A stretch of 64,000 nt of DNA from positions 18,632-82,631 of the IMG/VR virus record IMGVR_UViG_3300042452_000984. The stretch is one strand, 5' to 3'. Positions 1 to 9,000 of the stretch are shown here, piece after piece (position 1 is the first letter of the stretch; each line of letters starts with the position of its first letter). The position numbers were made by a program, and so were the translations under genes. The DNA comes from a virus. The notes under the pieces were generated by a model that saw only the letters and a program-made list of their open reading frames with translations, had not been told where the DNA came from and made no database searches.

Positions 1-1026
1 TCCCCCCTTGCCCCCGATGACTTCAGCCAGTTTGAACCGACCGATATTATCGCGTTCCTGGATTGGTTTGAGCGACAGTACGAGGACGCGATCGCGCTTG
101 GCATTGTCGATGGCTATGTGGAGGGGGTAACCGAACCCTATTTGGTGAATATCTCCACCGGCCAACCGATACCGGAGTGGGTAGCGACCGTCCTCAAGGT
201 ACGAGAGGTGGCCCAGTGGGCGTACCAACAACAGGAACCGATTGCCGCCCGCCTGCGCCGCAACTTGGCCGCCATCATCCCGGATGACCAGGTGGCAGGC
301 TACGCCGCCCGGTTCAGGGTGACACCGCAGGACATTGCTAACGTCCCCCCGGCGGTGAGGGAAAGCTTTAACCAGGGCGCTCGCTTTTCATTGGACTGGG
401 TGAAACGCCTATCCGATGACGCCCGGGGCATGATGCGCGATGTGCTGGCGGTGGAGTCGCTAAAGAACCGTAACCCCGCCGGGGCCGTACCCATCCTTGA
501 AAACCTATTGCGCCGCGATCTAATCGCCCAGGAGCTAGGCGCTGACCCTAGCGCTGTCACCCCGGCCATGGTGCAGGAGTGGTTGATTAATACCGAGTCA
601 CGGTTGTTAAATGCGATCGCGTCCCGGGCGCAGACCATCTCCCGCACCGAATCTATGCGGATGATGAACCTAGGCATCCTGGCCACGCTAGAGGCAAGCG
701 AACAACGGTTGGCCTACGTCATGCCCCACGCGGGCTCCTGCGAGCATTGCCGCCGGTTGATTGACGGTCGCGTTTTTACAATAGAGGTGCTAAAGCGCAA
801 CCTATTTGCTAATTTTGGCGTTCGCCCTGATGCTTGGGTAGCCAGCCTACCTCAGCACCCTAACTGTCGCCATTCGGCTGGCAAGATACCGGTTAAATTC
901 AGGCGCAAGCTTGTCAACCTGGACATCCCACCAGAGGGGCTGGTGCTGCAATACTACGGCTTGCCTGGCGGTAAAACATCCATGGATGCCTTGGAACTGC
1001 CAGAGGTGGAATGGCTAGAGCCCTAG
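1..1026 (+). CDS. Head morphogenesis protein (Mu gpF/SPP1 gp7-like), 5'-truncated
   Basis: Frame open from base 1; RAQTISRTE motif and C-terminal CEHC...PQHPNCRH. Confidence 0.85.
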   Translation, partial: SPLAPDDFSQFEPTDIIAFLDWFERQYEDAIALGIVDGYVEGVTEPYLVNISTGQPIPEWVATVLKVREVAQWAYQQQEPIAARLRRNLAAIIPDDQVAGYAARFRVTPQDIANVPPAVRESFNQGARFSLDWVKRLSDDARGMMRDVLAVESLKNRNPAGAVPILENLLRRDLIAQELGADPSAVTPAMVQEWLINTESRLLNAIASRAQTISRTESMRMMNLGILATLEASEQRLAYVMPHAGSCEHCRRLIDGRVFTIEVLKRNLFANFGVRPDAWVASLPQHPNCRHSAGKIPVKFRRKLVNLDIPPEGLVLQYYGLPGGKTSMDALELPEVEWLEP

Positions 1027-1265
1027 CTAAGTCCCAGGATCGTCAGCCTGTCTTGATCGTAATCCTCTAATACTAGAACGCACTCCGCTCCATTGCAGAT
1101 GAAGTTGAGCGTGATCTGGGTATCTACATGACTCTTTAGCCATCGGGCTGCCACCGCCCCGCAGGCGCCATCCACGCCCTTAAAACGCAAGCGATCGCCA
1201 TCGCTGACAATGTACAGCGCATTTTCTCCGGGAACATACCGAAAACTTTTGAGCGTCATGTGCAT
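1023..1265 (-). CDS. Hypothetical protein
   Basis: 80 aa ORF with GGAGAAGGG RBS, divergent from the early promoter. Confidence 0.55.
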   Translation of the reverse strand: MHMTLKSFRYVPGENALYIVSDGDRLRFKGVDGACGAVAARWLKSHVDTQITLNFICNGAECVLVLEDYDQDRLTILGLS

Positions 1266-1298
1266 GGCTAGCCCCTTCTCCGTGAAATCACTAGATTA

Positions 1299-1339
1299 TT
1301 GCATATTTGCTTGACCATTGCTTATTTGCAATATACTAT
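1299..1339 (+). promoter_or_regulatory. Sigma70-type promoter overlapped by two operator-like sites
   Basis: TTGACC(1311)-17 bp-TACTAT(1334); TTGCATATTTGC 1299-1310 and TTGCTTATTTGCAA 1318-1331. Confidence 0.75.
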
Positions 1340-1403
1340 TTGAAATGTGAGCCACGGGGTTCACGACACTCAAAAGACCACTCAAAAGACCACGGAGAAG
1401 ACT

Positions 1404-1712
1404 ATGAAAAGCTTTATTGTTGCCACCCTGATCGCTACCCTGCTCCCCACCGCTGCCATGGCCACCACCGGGATGCCCGGGCGAGGCGGGGATGGGCACT
1501 GCCCCATCAAGGAGTTGGCCACAGACCCCGACTGCGCCCGCGAGGGCGCCCAATGGCGGGGCACTGGCCGGGAGCAAGCCAAGTCTAAGCGGGACGAATT
1601 CCCCCAGTGCCGAGCTAGCGGTGGCGGTCAGCAGACCGTCTACACCTGCAAGGGTAACCCCCGCAATGAGTTCCCTGGCGATCGCCCCCGGCAACCCCGC
1701 CACCTTGGCTAA
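1404..1712 (+). CDS. Secreted Cys-containing protein with RGTGR pentapeptide (PatX-like)
   Basis: GGAGA RBS; signal peptide MKSFIVATLIATLLPTAAMA; RGTGR at 1557-1571; 4 Cys. Confidence 0.65.
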   Translation: MKSFIVATLIATLLPTAAMATTGMPGRGGDGHCPIKELATDPDCAREGAQWRGTGREQAKSKRDEFPQCRASGGGQQTVYTCKGNPRNEFPGDRPRQPRHLG

Positions 1713-1725
1713 TTGACTGACCCTT

Positions 1726-1760
1726 TGGGGCTGGCTTCGGCTGGCCCCCATTTCGTTTAT
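1726..1760 (+). terminator. Hairpin, intrinsic terminator-like
   Basis: GGGGCTGGC-TTCG-GCTGGCCCC followed by a T-rich tract. Confidence 0.6.
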
Positions 1761-1779
1761 TTAGGAGAACCAGGCAACT

Positions 1780-2550
1780 ATGGCAGACATTGATCCAAAT
1801 TTGGCGATCGCACTCGCGTTAGAGGAGATCGCGGCATCCTTGAAGGCGATTGCGCTATCGGCAATACCCAAAAGTACTCAGCCCCTAGGCTTCCAGGCGG
1901 ACGCCGGGCGGCCAGAGTTTATCTTTGCCAACCTTGTCAAAGGGAATGGCGATGGCTGGTATCGGCTACTGGAAAATAACCAACAGGAAACCATGCCCCC
2001 TGCGTTCTGGGGTTTGGTGAAGGATTTGCGGTTTGTCCAGCGGGAACGGCGAGGCGAAGACGTTACCAAACTCGACTTGGTGATGGAGGGTGAAGACGGC
2101 AAGACTTATATTTTCGAGTCTGGCGCCCAGTCATTTTTTAGCCGCTCCCTACTGACCGCCTTAAGCCTATGCCCTGTAGCTGACTTACAGCAACCCATTC
2201 GATTGTTTAGCTACATTTCAGAGCTACAGACCGGCGACAAAACTCTAAACGTCAGCATCACCTCGCAATCCGGCAAGCTCCAGGCTAGCTGGAAGGCGGA
2301 TGACGACTGGCGGGCGATCGCTACCGAGGCAAAAACCAGGGTTTACAAAGCCTTGGGCAAAGAAGCGCCAGCACCGGAACCCACCACCCAACCAGCGGCA
2401 CCGCCACCAACCCGCAATAGTCCCCCGGCAGGTAATCCACCTGGCGGAGCCCGCGATCGCATTGCCCAACGTGCCAACGCTAAGCCCGTCGCCGCTAAAG
2501 TGACAGACTCGCGGGCGGCAACTGATTGGGATGAAGAGATACCGTTCTAG
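1780..2550 (+). CDS. Putative non-canonical single-stranded DNA-binding protein
   Basis: Beta-rich core, Pro-rich linker, acidic C-terminal tail DWDEEIPF typical of SSBs. Confidence 0.65.
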   Translation: MADIDPNLAIALALEEIAASLKAIALSAIPKSTQPLGFQADAGRPEFIFANLVKGNGDGWYRLLENNQQETMPPAFWGLVKDLRFVQRERRGEDVTKLDLVMEGEDGKTYIFESGAQSFFSRSLLTALSLCPVADLQQPIRLFSYISELQTGDKTLNVSITSQSGKLQASWKADDDWRAIATEAKTRVYKALGKEAPAPEPTTQPAAPPPTRNSPPAGNPPGGARDRIAQRANAKPVAAKVTDSRAATDWDEEIPF

Positions 2551-2558
2551 GAGTAGTT

Positions 2559-2756
2559 ATGAACCAACCTATTCAGCTATCGACTGAGGCAGAGTTTGCG
2601 ATCGCCCAATTTCAGCGATCGCTAGAAAGCCTGGAGTTTACCCGGGAAAACTTCAACGAACTCAAGACCATCGCCCTTGGCTTAAAGCGTCTGGAGGCGG
2701 CCCAACGGGCGTTTCTGGTAGCTCAGGTAAAAGAGTCCTGGGGGAGGCCATTATGA
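2559..2756 (+). CDS. nblA: NblA-like phycobilisome degradation adaptor
   Basis: 65 aa; MNQPIQLSTEAEF...VKESWG resembles NblA MNQPIELSLEQQF...LKHQWG. Confidence 0.75.
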   Translation: MNQPIQLSTEAEFAIAQFQRSLESLEFTRENFNELKTIALGLKRLEAAQRAFLVAQVKESWGRPL

Positions 2757-2986
2757 CCAACCTCAACCGCCTAGTTGACTTAATGCGACAAGCCCGACAG
2801 CGGGCAGTATCGGAGCGATCGCTAGTCATGCCCACTAGCTACTCATCGCGCCGTGGCGTTTCCCATGCTTTTCTCTGTTTGAACTGCAAGTTCTACAACC
2901 CTACCACCCAAGCTTACTTGCGGTGTGCGGTTCACCCTGAAGGGCCGAAGAGCGATACCTTCTGCACTGACAAGGAGGAGCGATGA
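2753..2986 (+). CDS. DUF6464-like Cys-rich protein
   Basis: CKFYN...YLRCAVHPEGP...C motif. Confidence 0.7.
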   Translation: MTNLNRLVDLMRQARQRAVSERSLVMPTSYSSRRGVSHAFLCLNCKFYNPTTQAYLRCAVHPEGPKSDTFCTDKEER

Positions 2987-3525
2987 GGAGACTGTTATTG
3001 CTCGACCACACCGCCCTGGTGCAGCACCGGAATGGCCCCGGTGTCTACATCAACAACCGGGACAATATGACATTGGTTCCAGGCATTCTAGGCGCCCTGG
3101 AGCCCTACGTTGACAGGAACTACAACGTCGCCATCTGTAGCAACCAGGGCGGCGTCGAGAAAGGCCACCTAGCGTTCGGTGCTTGCCAAAACCTATTCGG
3201 TGAAATGTTCAAGCTGTCCAACTATTGGGTTCAGGCCATTTGGTTTTGCCCCCTAGCCCGGGGCAGCACCGGCAGTTATGCCATTCAAATGACGATGCCC
3301 TACGAACCCAAGACCTATACCAAATGCCAAAAGTATGCCACCACCGGCTACCGGATGCCCCAGGCGGGCATGATTTTGGCCGCCATGGACTGGTTTGGGG
3401 TAACGCCTGAGCAGACCACCATGGTGGGCTTACAGCCGGAGGCTTACTATGCCGCCGCTGATGCAGGCGTCAAAAAGTTTGTCCACAGTTCGTACTTTGT
3501 TGAAAAAGCGGGAGTATTGCAATGA
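2983..3525 (+). CDS. HAD-IIIA (GmhB/PNK-phosphatase-like) protein with degenerate active site
   Basis: SNQGGV, FCP, R-x-P-x-x-GM and MVG motifs present; several catalytic residues substituted. Confidence 0.75.
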   Translation: MRRLLLLDHTALVQHRNGPGVYINNRDNMTLVPGILGALEPYVDRNYNVAICSNQGGVEKGHLAFGACQNLFGEMFKLSNYWVQAIWFCPLARGSTGSYAIQMTMPYEPKTYTKCQKYATTGYRMPQAGMILAAMDWFGVTPEQTTMVGLQPEAYYAAADAGVKKFVHSSYFVEKAGVLQ

Positions 3526-4640
3526 AATTTACAGTAGATGCGGGTGATCTGGCAGAGGCGATCGCGCTGTGCGATCGCGCTATCCCTAAGCGCCCTAGCC
3601 GCCCTATCCTGGGCCACATGCTAATGCAGCTAGACAATGGCAGCCTTACCCTAAAAGGGTTTGACGAGGCGCTAGGGATTAGCTTCTCGTTGCCAGTGGA
3701 TATGGAGCAATCCGGTGATTGTTGCATATCCCCAACCTACCTAAAGCCCATCCTGGAGCGCCTATCCGGGCAGGTGGCCTTAGACCTGCAATACCCTGTC
3801 CTGGTGCTAACCACCCTGGGCGCCGAGTACCGGATTAACACCCTCCTGGCTGAGGACTACCCCAACTTGCCCGAGGTGGACGGTACCCCGGTGGAGTTGT
3901 CTATCTCGTCAGAGGAACTACGAGCCGCGATCGCGGCTACGGTGTTCTGCGCCAGTACTGACGAAAGCAAGCAGGTACTTACCGGCGTTCACTTCTCCGT
4001 TACCCCCGGCGAAGGGGGGGAGGCAGGGGTGATGGAGTTAGCGGCCACCGATGGCCATCGGATGATCGCCTACCCGCTACCCGGTAGCGTTGTCATCCCC
4101 GATGACTATCGCCCCGTCACCCTGCCCGGGAAGAGCCTGCGGGAACTGCTAACCGTCCTGAAGGGCGAGGGTGCCGTCAAGCTGACGTTTGATGACGTGT
4201 CTGTGCGTGCCCTATGCGGGGACACCGAGCTCTATAGCCGGGTTATCGAGGGGCAATACCCCAACTACCGGCAGCTATTCCCCAAGGTGTTCTCTAAGGT
4301 GGCGACCTGCGATCGCAAGCCATTCTTAGCCGCCCTCGATCGCACCTTGGTGGTGGCCGGTGAAAACAAGGACATCGTTAAGCTGGAGTTTGACACCACT
4401 GGGCTGGTGATGAGTGCAGAGGCAAAAGAAGCGGCCAAAGCTCAGGAACATGTCGAGGGCGTAACCTGTAGCGAACCCATCACCCTAGCGGGGAACGGTA
4501 AGTACATCAAGGAGGCGCTAACCAATGCGATCGTGGGTGAAACCTTCACTATGGAAATGAATAAGCCAGAAAGCCCAGTGGTTTTTACAGATGGGTCCCC
4601 GGCGACCTATTTAATGATGCCCATTCAGATTAGGGGTTAA
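3522..4640 (+). CDS. dnaN: DNA polymerase III beta sliding clamp
   Basis: 372 aa; RPILG, STDESKQVLTGVH, ATDGHR, GQYPNY, YLMMPI motifs. Confidence 0.95.
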   Translation: MKFTVDAGDLAEAIALCDRAIPKRPSRPILGHMLMQLDNGSLTLKGFDEALGISFSLPVDMEQSGDCCISPTYLKPILERLSGQVALDLQYPVLVLTTLGAEYRINTLLAEDYPNLPEVDGTPVELSISSEELRAAIAATVFCASTDESKQVLTGVHFSVTPGEGGEAGVMELAATDGHRMIAYPLPGSVVIPDDYRPVTLPGKSLRELLTVLKGEGAVKLTFDDVSVRALCGDTELYSRVIEGQYPNYRQLFPKVFSKVATCDRKPFLAALDRTLVVAGENKDIVKLEFDTTGLVMSAEAKEAAKAQEHVEGVTCSEPITLAGNGKYIKEALTNAIVGETFTMEMNKPESPVVFTDGSPATYLMMPIQIRG

Positions 4641-4642
4641 CC

Positions 4643-4822
4643 ATGGACCTACAGCCCGGTTACGCGATCGCCTATCGTCCATCCACGGAAGAGCCCTGGC
4701 AGCAAGCGTCTGTCTTTGCGGTCATTGGCGACAAGGTGATGGTTAAGTTGCCCCTGGGCGGCAACACGTCCAGAATCGTCACGGTGGACATTGACAGTGG
4801 TTTGATAGGGCCACCGTTCTGA
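4643..4822 (+). CDS. Small beta-rich hypothetical protein (59 aa, not in ORF track)
   Basis: MDLQPGYAIAYR...GLIGPPF fills the gap; stop overlaps next ATG (TGATG). Confidence 0.65.
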   Translation: MDLQPGYAIAYRPSTEEPWQQASVFAVIGDKVMVKLPLGGNTSRIVTVDIDSGLIGPPF

Positions 4823-5562
4823 TGCAGGAGTTTTACATAGGCTGGCATCAGCCCGTCAACGGCCTGTCTGGCTGCGGGGATTTTCCCCGGTGCATGGTGT
4901 CAGTCAATCGACTTCTAAGGCGTCGCTCTCCCTTCCCGGTTCAGTCCTGGATATTGGATAGCGGCGCTTTTACTCGCATTGCTGGCGGACAAGGGCACCT
5001 GCCATTAGAAGACTATGCCAAAGAGATCCGGCGATGGGCAAAAAACGGCAACCTTGTGGCAGCTGTGGCACAGGACTATATGTGTGAACCATTTATCCTT
5101 GGCAAGACCGGGCTAACAATCCAAGACCACCAACGGCTAACCATAGAGAACTACGATCGCCTGCTTGCCCTAAATACCGGCGTCTATATCATGCCAGTAT
5201 TACAGGGCTACTCTCCCGCTGACTACGTTAGACACCTGCACGATTACGGCGATCGCTTGCACCATGGACAATGGGTAGGGGTGGGTTCTGTCTGCAAGCG
5301 AAACAGCAACCCTGGGGCAATTGAAGCCGTCTTGATGGCGATTAAGGCGGCCCGCCCCGATCTGAGGTTGCACGGGTTTGGCGTTAAGAAGACCGCCCTA
5401 GAATCTTCAATTGTGTGGGACTTACTTTACTCAGCAGACAGCCAAGCCCATAGCTTTGCAGCACGGATGGAGAACCGAAACGCCAATTGCCCAAAGGTTG
5501 CGCTTAATTACGCCAAAGGCATCGGCAGCCCCTTGCAGGCATCCATATTTTCAGCGTTCTGA
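4822..5562 (+). CDS. TGT-fold (queuine tRNA-ribosyltransferase/DpdA-like) transglycosylase
   Basis: ILDSGAF, QDYMCEP, MPVLQG, GVGSVCKR, LHGFGVK, SADS motifs. Confidence 0.8.
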   Translation: MQEFYIGWHQPVNGLSGCGDFPRCMVSVNRLLRRRSPFPVQSWILDSGAFTRIAGGQGHLPLEDYAKEIRRWAKNGNLVAAVAQDYMCEPFILGKTGLTIQDHQRLTIENYDRLLALNTGVYIMPVLQGYSPADYVRHLHDYGDRLHHGQWVGVGSVCKRNSNPGAIEAVLMAIKAARPDLRLHGFGVKKTALESSIVWDLLYSADSQAHSFAARMENRNANCPKVALNYAKGIGSPLQASIFSAF

Positions 5563-5573
5563 TGCCGCACCCA

Positions 5574-5615
5574 AAACAAAACACCCCGGCCAAATGACGA
5601 CCGGGGTGTTTTGTT
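5574..5615. terminator. Bidirectional terminator
   Basis: AACAAAACACCCCGG ... CCGGGGTGTTTTGTT between convergent genes. Confidence 0.85.
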
Positions 5616-5627
5616 GCTTGGATGACG

Positions 5628-5897
5628 CTATTCAACCTCAGCCTTCCTAAGAGCTTGCCAAATGTCTTGAAAATCAGTCTCTTCCTCAAGGTTAATAGGC
5701 TCGCACTCTTCTAACGCGGCTAAAGCTTGGGCGGCATAATACTCGCCAGAGGCGTAATCGTCAAAGATTTTGATAACAGTAGGGCTTACGTTTTCGGCCA
5801 TTAACCCAGAATAGGGATTAACGTTTGTGTCAGCATTTAACCGAGAAAAAGCTTGATTGATTTGAGTGGCATAGTCAGCAGCAGTAGCAGTAGTCAT
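5628..5897 (-). CDS. Hypothetical protein with its own promoter (moron-like)
   Basis: GGAG RBS before MTTATAADY. Confidence 0.65.
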   Translation of the reverse strand: MTTATAADYATQINQAFSRLNADTNVNPYSGLMAENVSPTVIKIFDDYASGEYYAAQALAALEECEPINLEEETDFQDIWQALRKAEVE

Positions 5898-5929
5898 AAT
5901 TGGTAACTCCAAGTGGTTCAACAATTTCA

Positions 5930-5958
5930 ATAGTAAAAGACCTTTATCGTATTGTCAA
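5930..5958 (-). promoter_or_regulatory. Sigma70 promoter
   Basis: TTGACA-17 bp-TACTAT on the minus strand. Confidence 0.75.
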
Positions 5959-6079
5959 CACTTTTCGATAAATTAGTTAAACCGTCGCGATCGCGTGTCA
6001 ACCCAACCATTTCTCGAACCTACGCTAAGATAGGCATAGCGTAGGCATAATTTATTTTTTCCTAGTCCGTATCTCCTCC

Positions 6080-9000
6080 ATGGTTCTTCCTCTGGAGGCT
6101 ATCCTGTCCAAGTCAGCCGATATGGTTGTGGGCGGGGTAGCCTCCAATTTTTTTAGAGATCTTGACGGCGATGCCATTTGCCCGGACGCGATTCAACGCG
6201 CTATTCCTGGCTTCATGGCAACCCGTGGCCCGGACGGGCTAAAGGGTGGCCCCATTCGCCTGCACCATGGTTTTTGGGAGCGATTTCTAAAGCAGTCCAT
6301 CTCTGCCCTTAATATTCCCTACGACCAGCAAGTGGGGCTACTTGCCGCGATCGCGCTCCCCCTGGGCCGGGTGACTGAGATGAGCGTTGATAGCGATGGC
6401 ACTACGCGTTGGCGGGGTGTTCTATCTGGCGCTAACCCCATCGCCCGGGTGGTGTGGAATATGCTCAAAGAGGGCATGGTTCACCTTGGCGTTAGCGTTG
6501 GCGGCAAGATCAACGGTGTACGCCCCGGTAGAGATGCGATCGGGCGGACCTGTAACCTAATTACCGACGTGCGGCTCGATGAGCTCAGCATCACTGACAA
6601 CCCAGCCAATCGATTAATTGAGTCCGAGACCCCCGACAATGGCGCGTACATTACCGCGCTTGCTAAATCTGTGGGTAATACCATGCTCGCTCAGAAACAA
6701 CAGCCTTACATCTACCTGAATGGCATCGCCTATACCGCTCACCCTAGCGAGGAACATGGCATTGTCCTACGCAAGGCAGGACGGCGGCGGGCACCCTCCC
6801 CGGGCCAGCTAGGCTTGTTTGGTGGGCACAATGAGGGCGATACCAAGGTAGAGGACGGTGTTACCTATCGGCTAAATAGCAATAGCCGGTGGGAGCGGAT
6901 GGATAAACCCAAGGCCAGCGGTAAGCCGTCTGGCGGGAAGAAGAAGGCGGAAAAGCCTGCGATCGTCCCGGTGGTGGAGGCGGAGAAACGAGCAGAGACA
7001 CCAGCAAAGGCAAAAGCGGCTAAGCCGAAGGCAAGACGACAAAAGGAGCCAAAACCATATCTAGAAGATCAAAGCCCTTCATTATTGGCGGCAGAGCTAG
7101 ACAAAATTAAGAATTTTCTGGCATTGGCTGATGCTGGACTTGTAAGCATAACTCCCAGAAAGCGCAAGCAAACCGAGGCTTACCTGAAGCAGGTCAAAGA
7201 CGCACTTTTTGAAATAACCAAGCCTGACGACGACGCGCCAAGCATGTCTGACAACGATCTCCTGCAGGAGCTAGGCGTAGCAGGCATGTCTGACGACGAC
7301 CTTATGCGAGAGCTAGGCGTTGAACCCGCCGCCCAGAACCCCGAACCCACCGTTGGCGAAATGCTGGAACAGCAGCAAGCGGAGATAGCTGAGTCGAAAC
7401 CAGTTATCTCAGGCAGGCAATTTGTCGAAGAGTTTATTTCCGCCTGGAATGACACCCATGGTTCAGAGTGGAACCGCGATGCTGCGGGGTACACAAAGGC
7501 CAAAATATGGGACAAAAAAGACGGGGAGATCCGGGTTTACTTTGGCTCCGTTAAGCAGCCATTGGTTTTCAGAAAGCAAGATAATGGCGAATACGTCGCC
7601 GCTGTAACCCCTGGTAAGTATGGACTTGACGAACAAATCGCCCCTATCCTTGACGATCTAAATTCACGGTTTTCTACCAAGCCTGAAAGCACTAAGGCTG
7701 ACCAAGGCTCTGCCGGAACCCAGCAACGAGTATTGATGCAAGAAGACGAAGACGGCGTTGTTGCACCTGCAGGACAACACGAACGTGGCGTCCATATCGT
7801 GCGGGAATGGTACGAGTCAGAACCATCTCCCAAGCCCACCGTTGGCGAAATGCTGGAACAGCAGCAAGCCGCGATCGCGGATGAGCCTATGCCTGAGAGT
7901 GAGGCGATGGAGGGGGCGGAGGATGGTGCGGCACCCACATGGGAAGACGTGCCTCAACTTTTTGAAAGCGGTGACTACGAAAAAATCCCTCAAGCCCTAG
8001 GAGTAGATCCTAGATATGGGCTGTCCCCGAGTCAGGCGTCTAGGTTTCTAAACATCCTTGGAATAAAAGAAGCTAAAGCCAAAAAGATTCTTGGGCAGGG
8101 CTACCTAGAGCAAGAGCGAAAAGAATACCCAAGCATTCAACCCGATCCCGATCCTAAACGCTACTACGATCTTGATAAGCTCGTTGACGCCATTAACGAG
8201 GCAAAGGCGTTTAAGGGAGTCAAGGCGCTGCAAAAACCTAAGGCAGAGCGCCCTAAGCGCGAACTAAAAGAAGAAGAGCTTACGCTAACGGATAATGACT
8301 GGAAGAGGCTAGCCAAGCTAAAAGGCGCCATGCCTTTCTCACCAAATTTTCTAGGTGATGGAGTTGGTGCGGAAACCTACTATTGGGTGCCAAATCATGC
8401 AATAAAAGACGCCGAATACCTAAAAAGAAAGTTAGGTTTTTATATAAAGCGCGATTTTAGCTGGAACAGAATAGAAGGCGCCAACTTTGTTATGCGGGAA
8501 GACGTCATTGATAATGTACTTGGCTACATTATTAAACCTAAATCCGAGCCCGCCGCCCAGGACCCCGAACCCACTCTCACCAAATCTCTCACCCCCTCAC
8601 TCCCCATGACTATCGATAACTTCCTCCGCAAAGCCCTGGGTAATCCTGGGCGTGAGTTTGGTTCTGGCTCATGGCGGGATACGGGCATCCCGGCGATGGG
8701 CCGTAAAGTTGACGCCAAAAGCCCGCAGCCCAAGGGCGGCAAAAAGGTACAAATGGATGAGTCCGGTAGTGCCCATGCCGGTAAGGGTATCGGTGGCAAA
8801 CAACCCAAGGCCCATCGCCCCTACTCTTCCGGCGGCATGCCCCCCACCGATGTATTTGGTATCACCATCACCCAACTAACCCGCAACTTGGCCAAAGCCT
8901 GCTACATGGACAAAGATGCCTGGGGTAGCCCGGAGACCGTTTCTTTCTTGACCGACAGCGCCAGGGCGATCGCGGGCATGACTGACACCCCGACCGACCC

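Noticed and set aside
1367-1393. 12-bp tandem repeat CACTCAAAAGAC in the 5' leader
   Set aside because: Only two copies; most likely slippage.
1296-1751. Overlapping ORFs 1296-1751(-), 1307-1588(+), 1492-1716(+)
   Set aside because: Shadow frames; only the frame starting at 1404 has RBS, signal peptide and promoter/terminator support.
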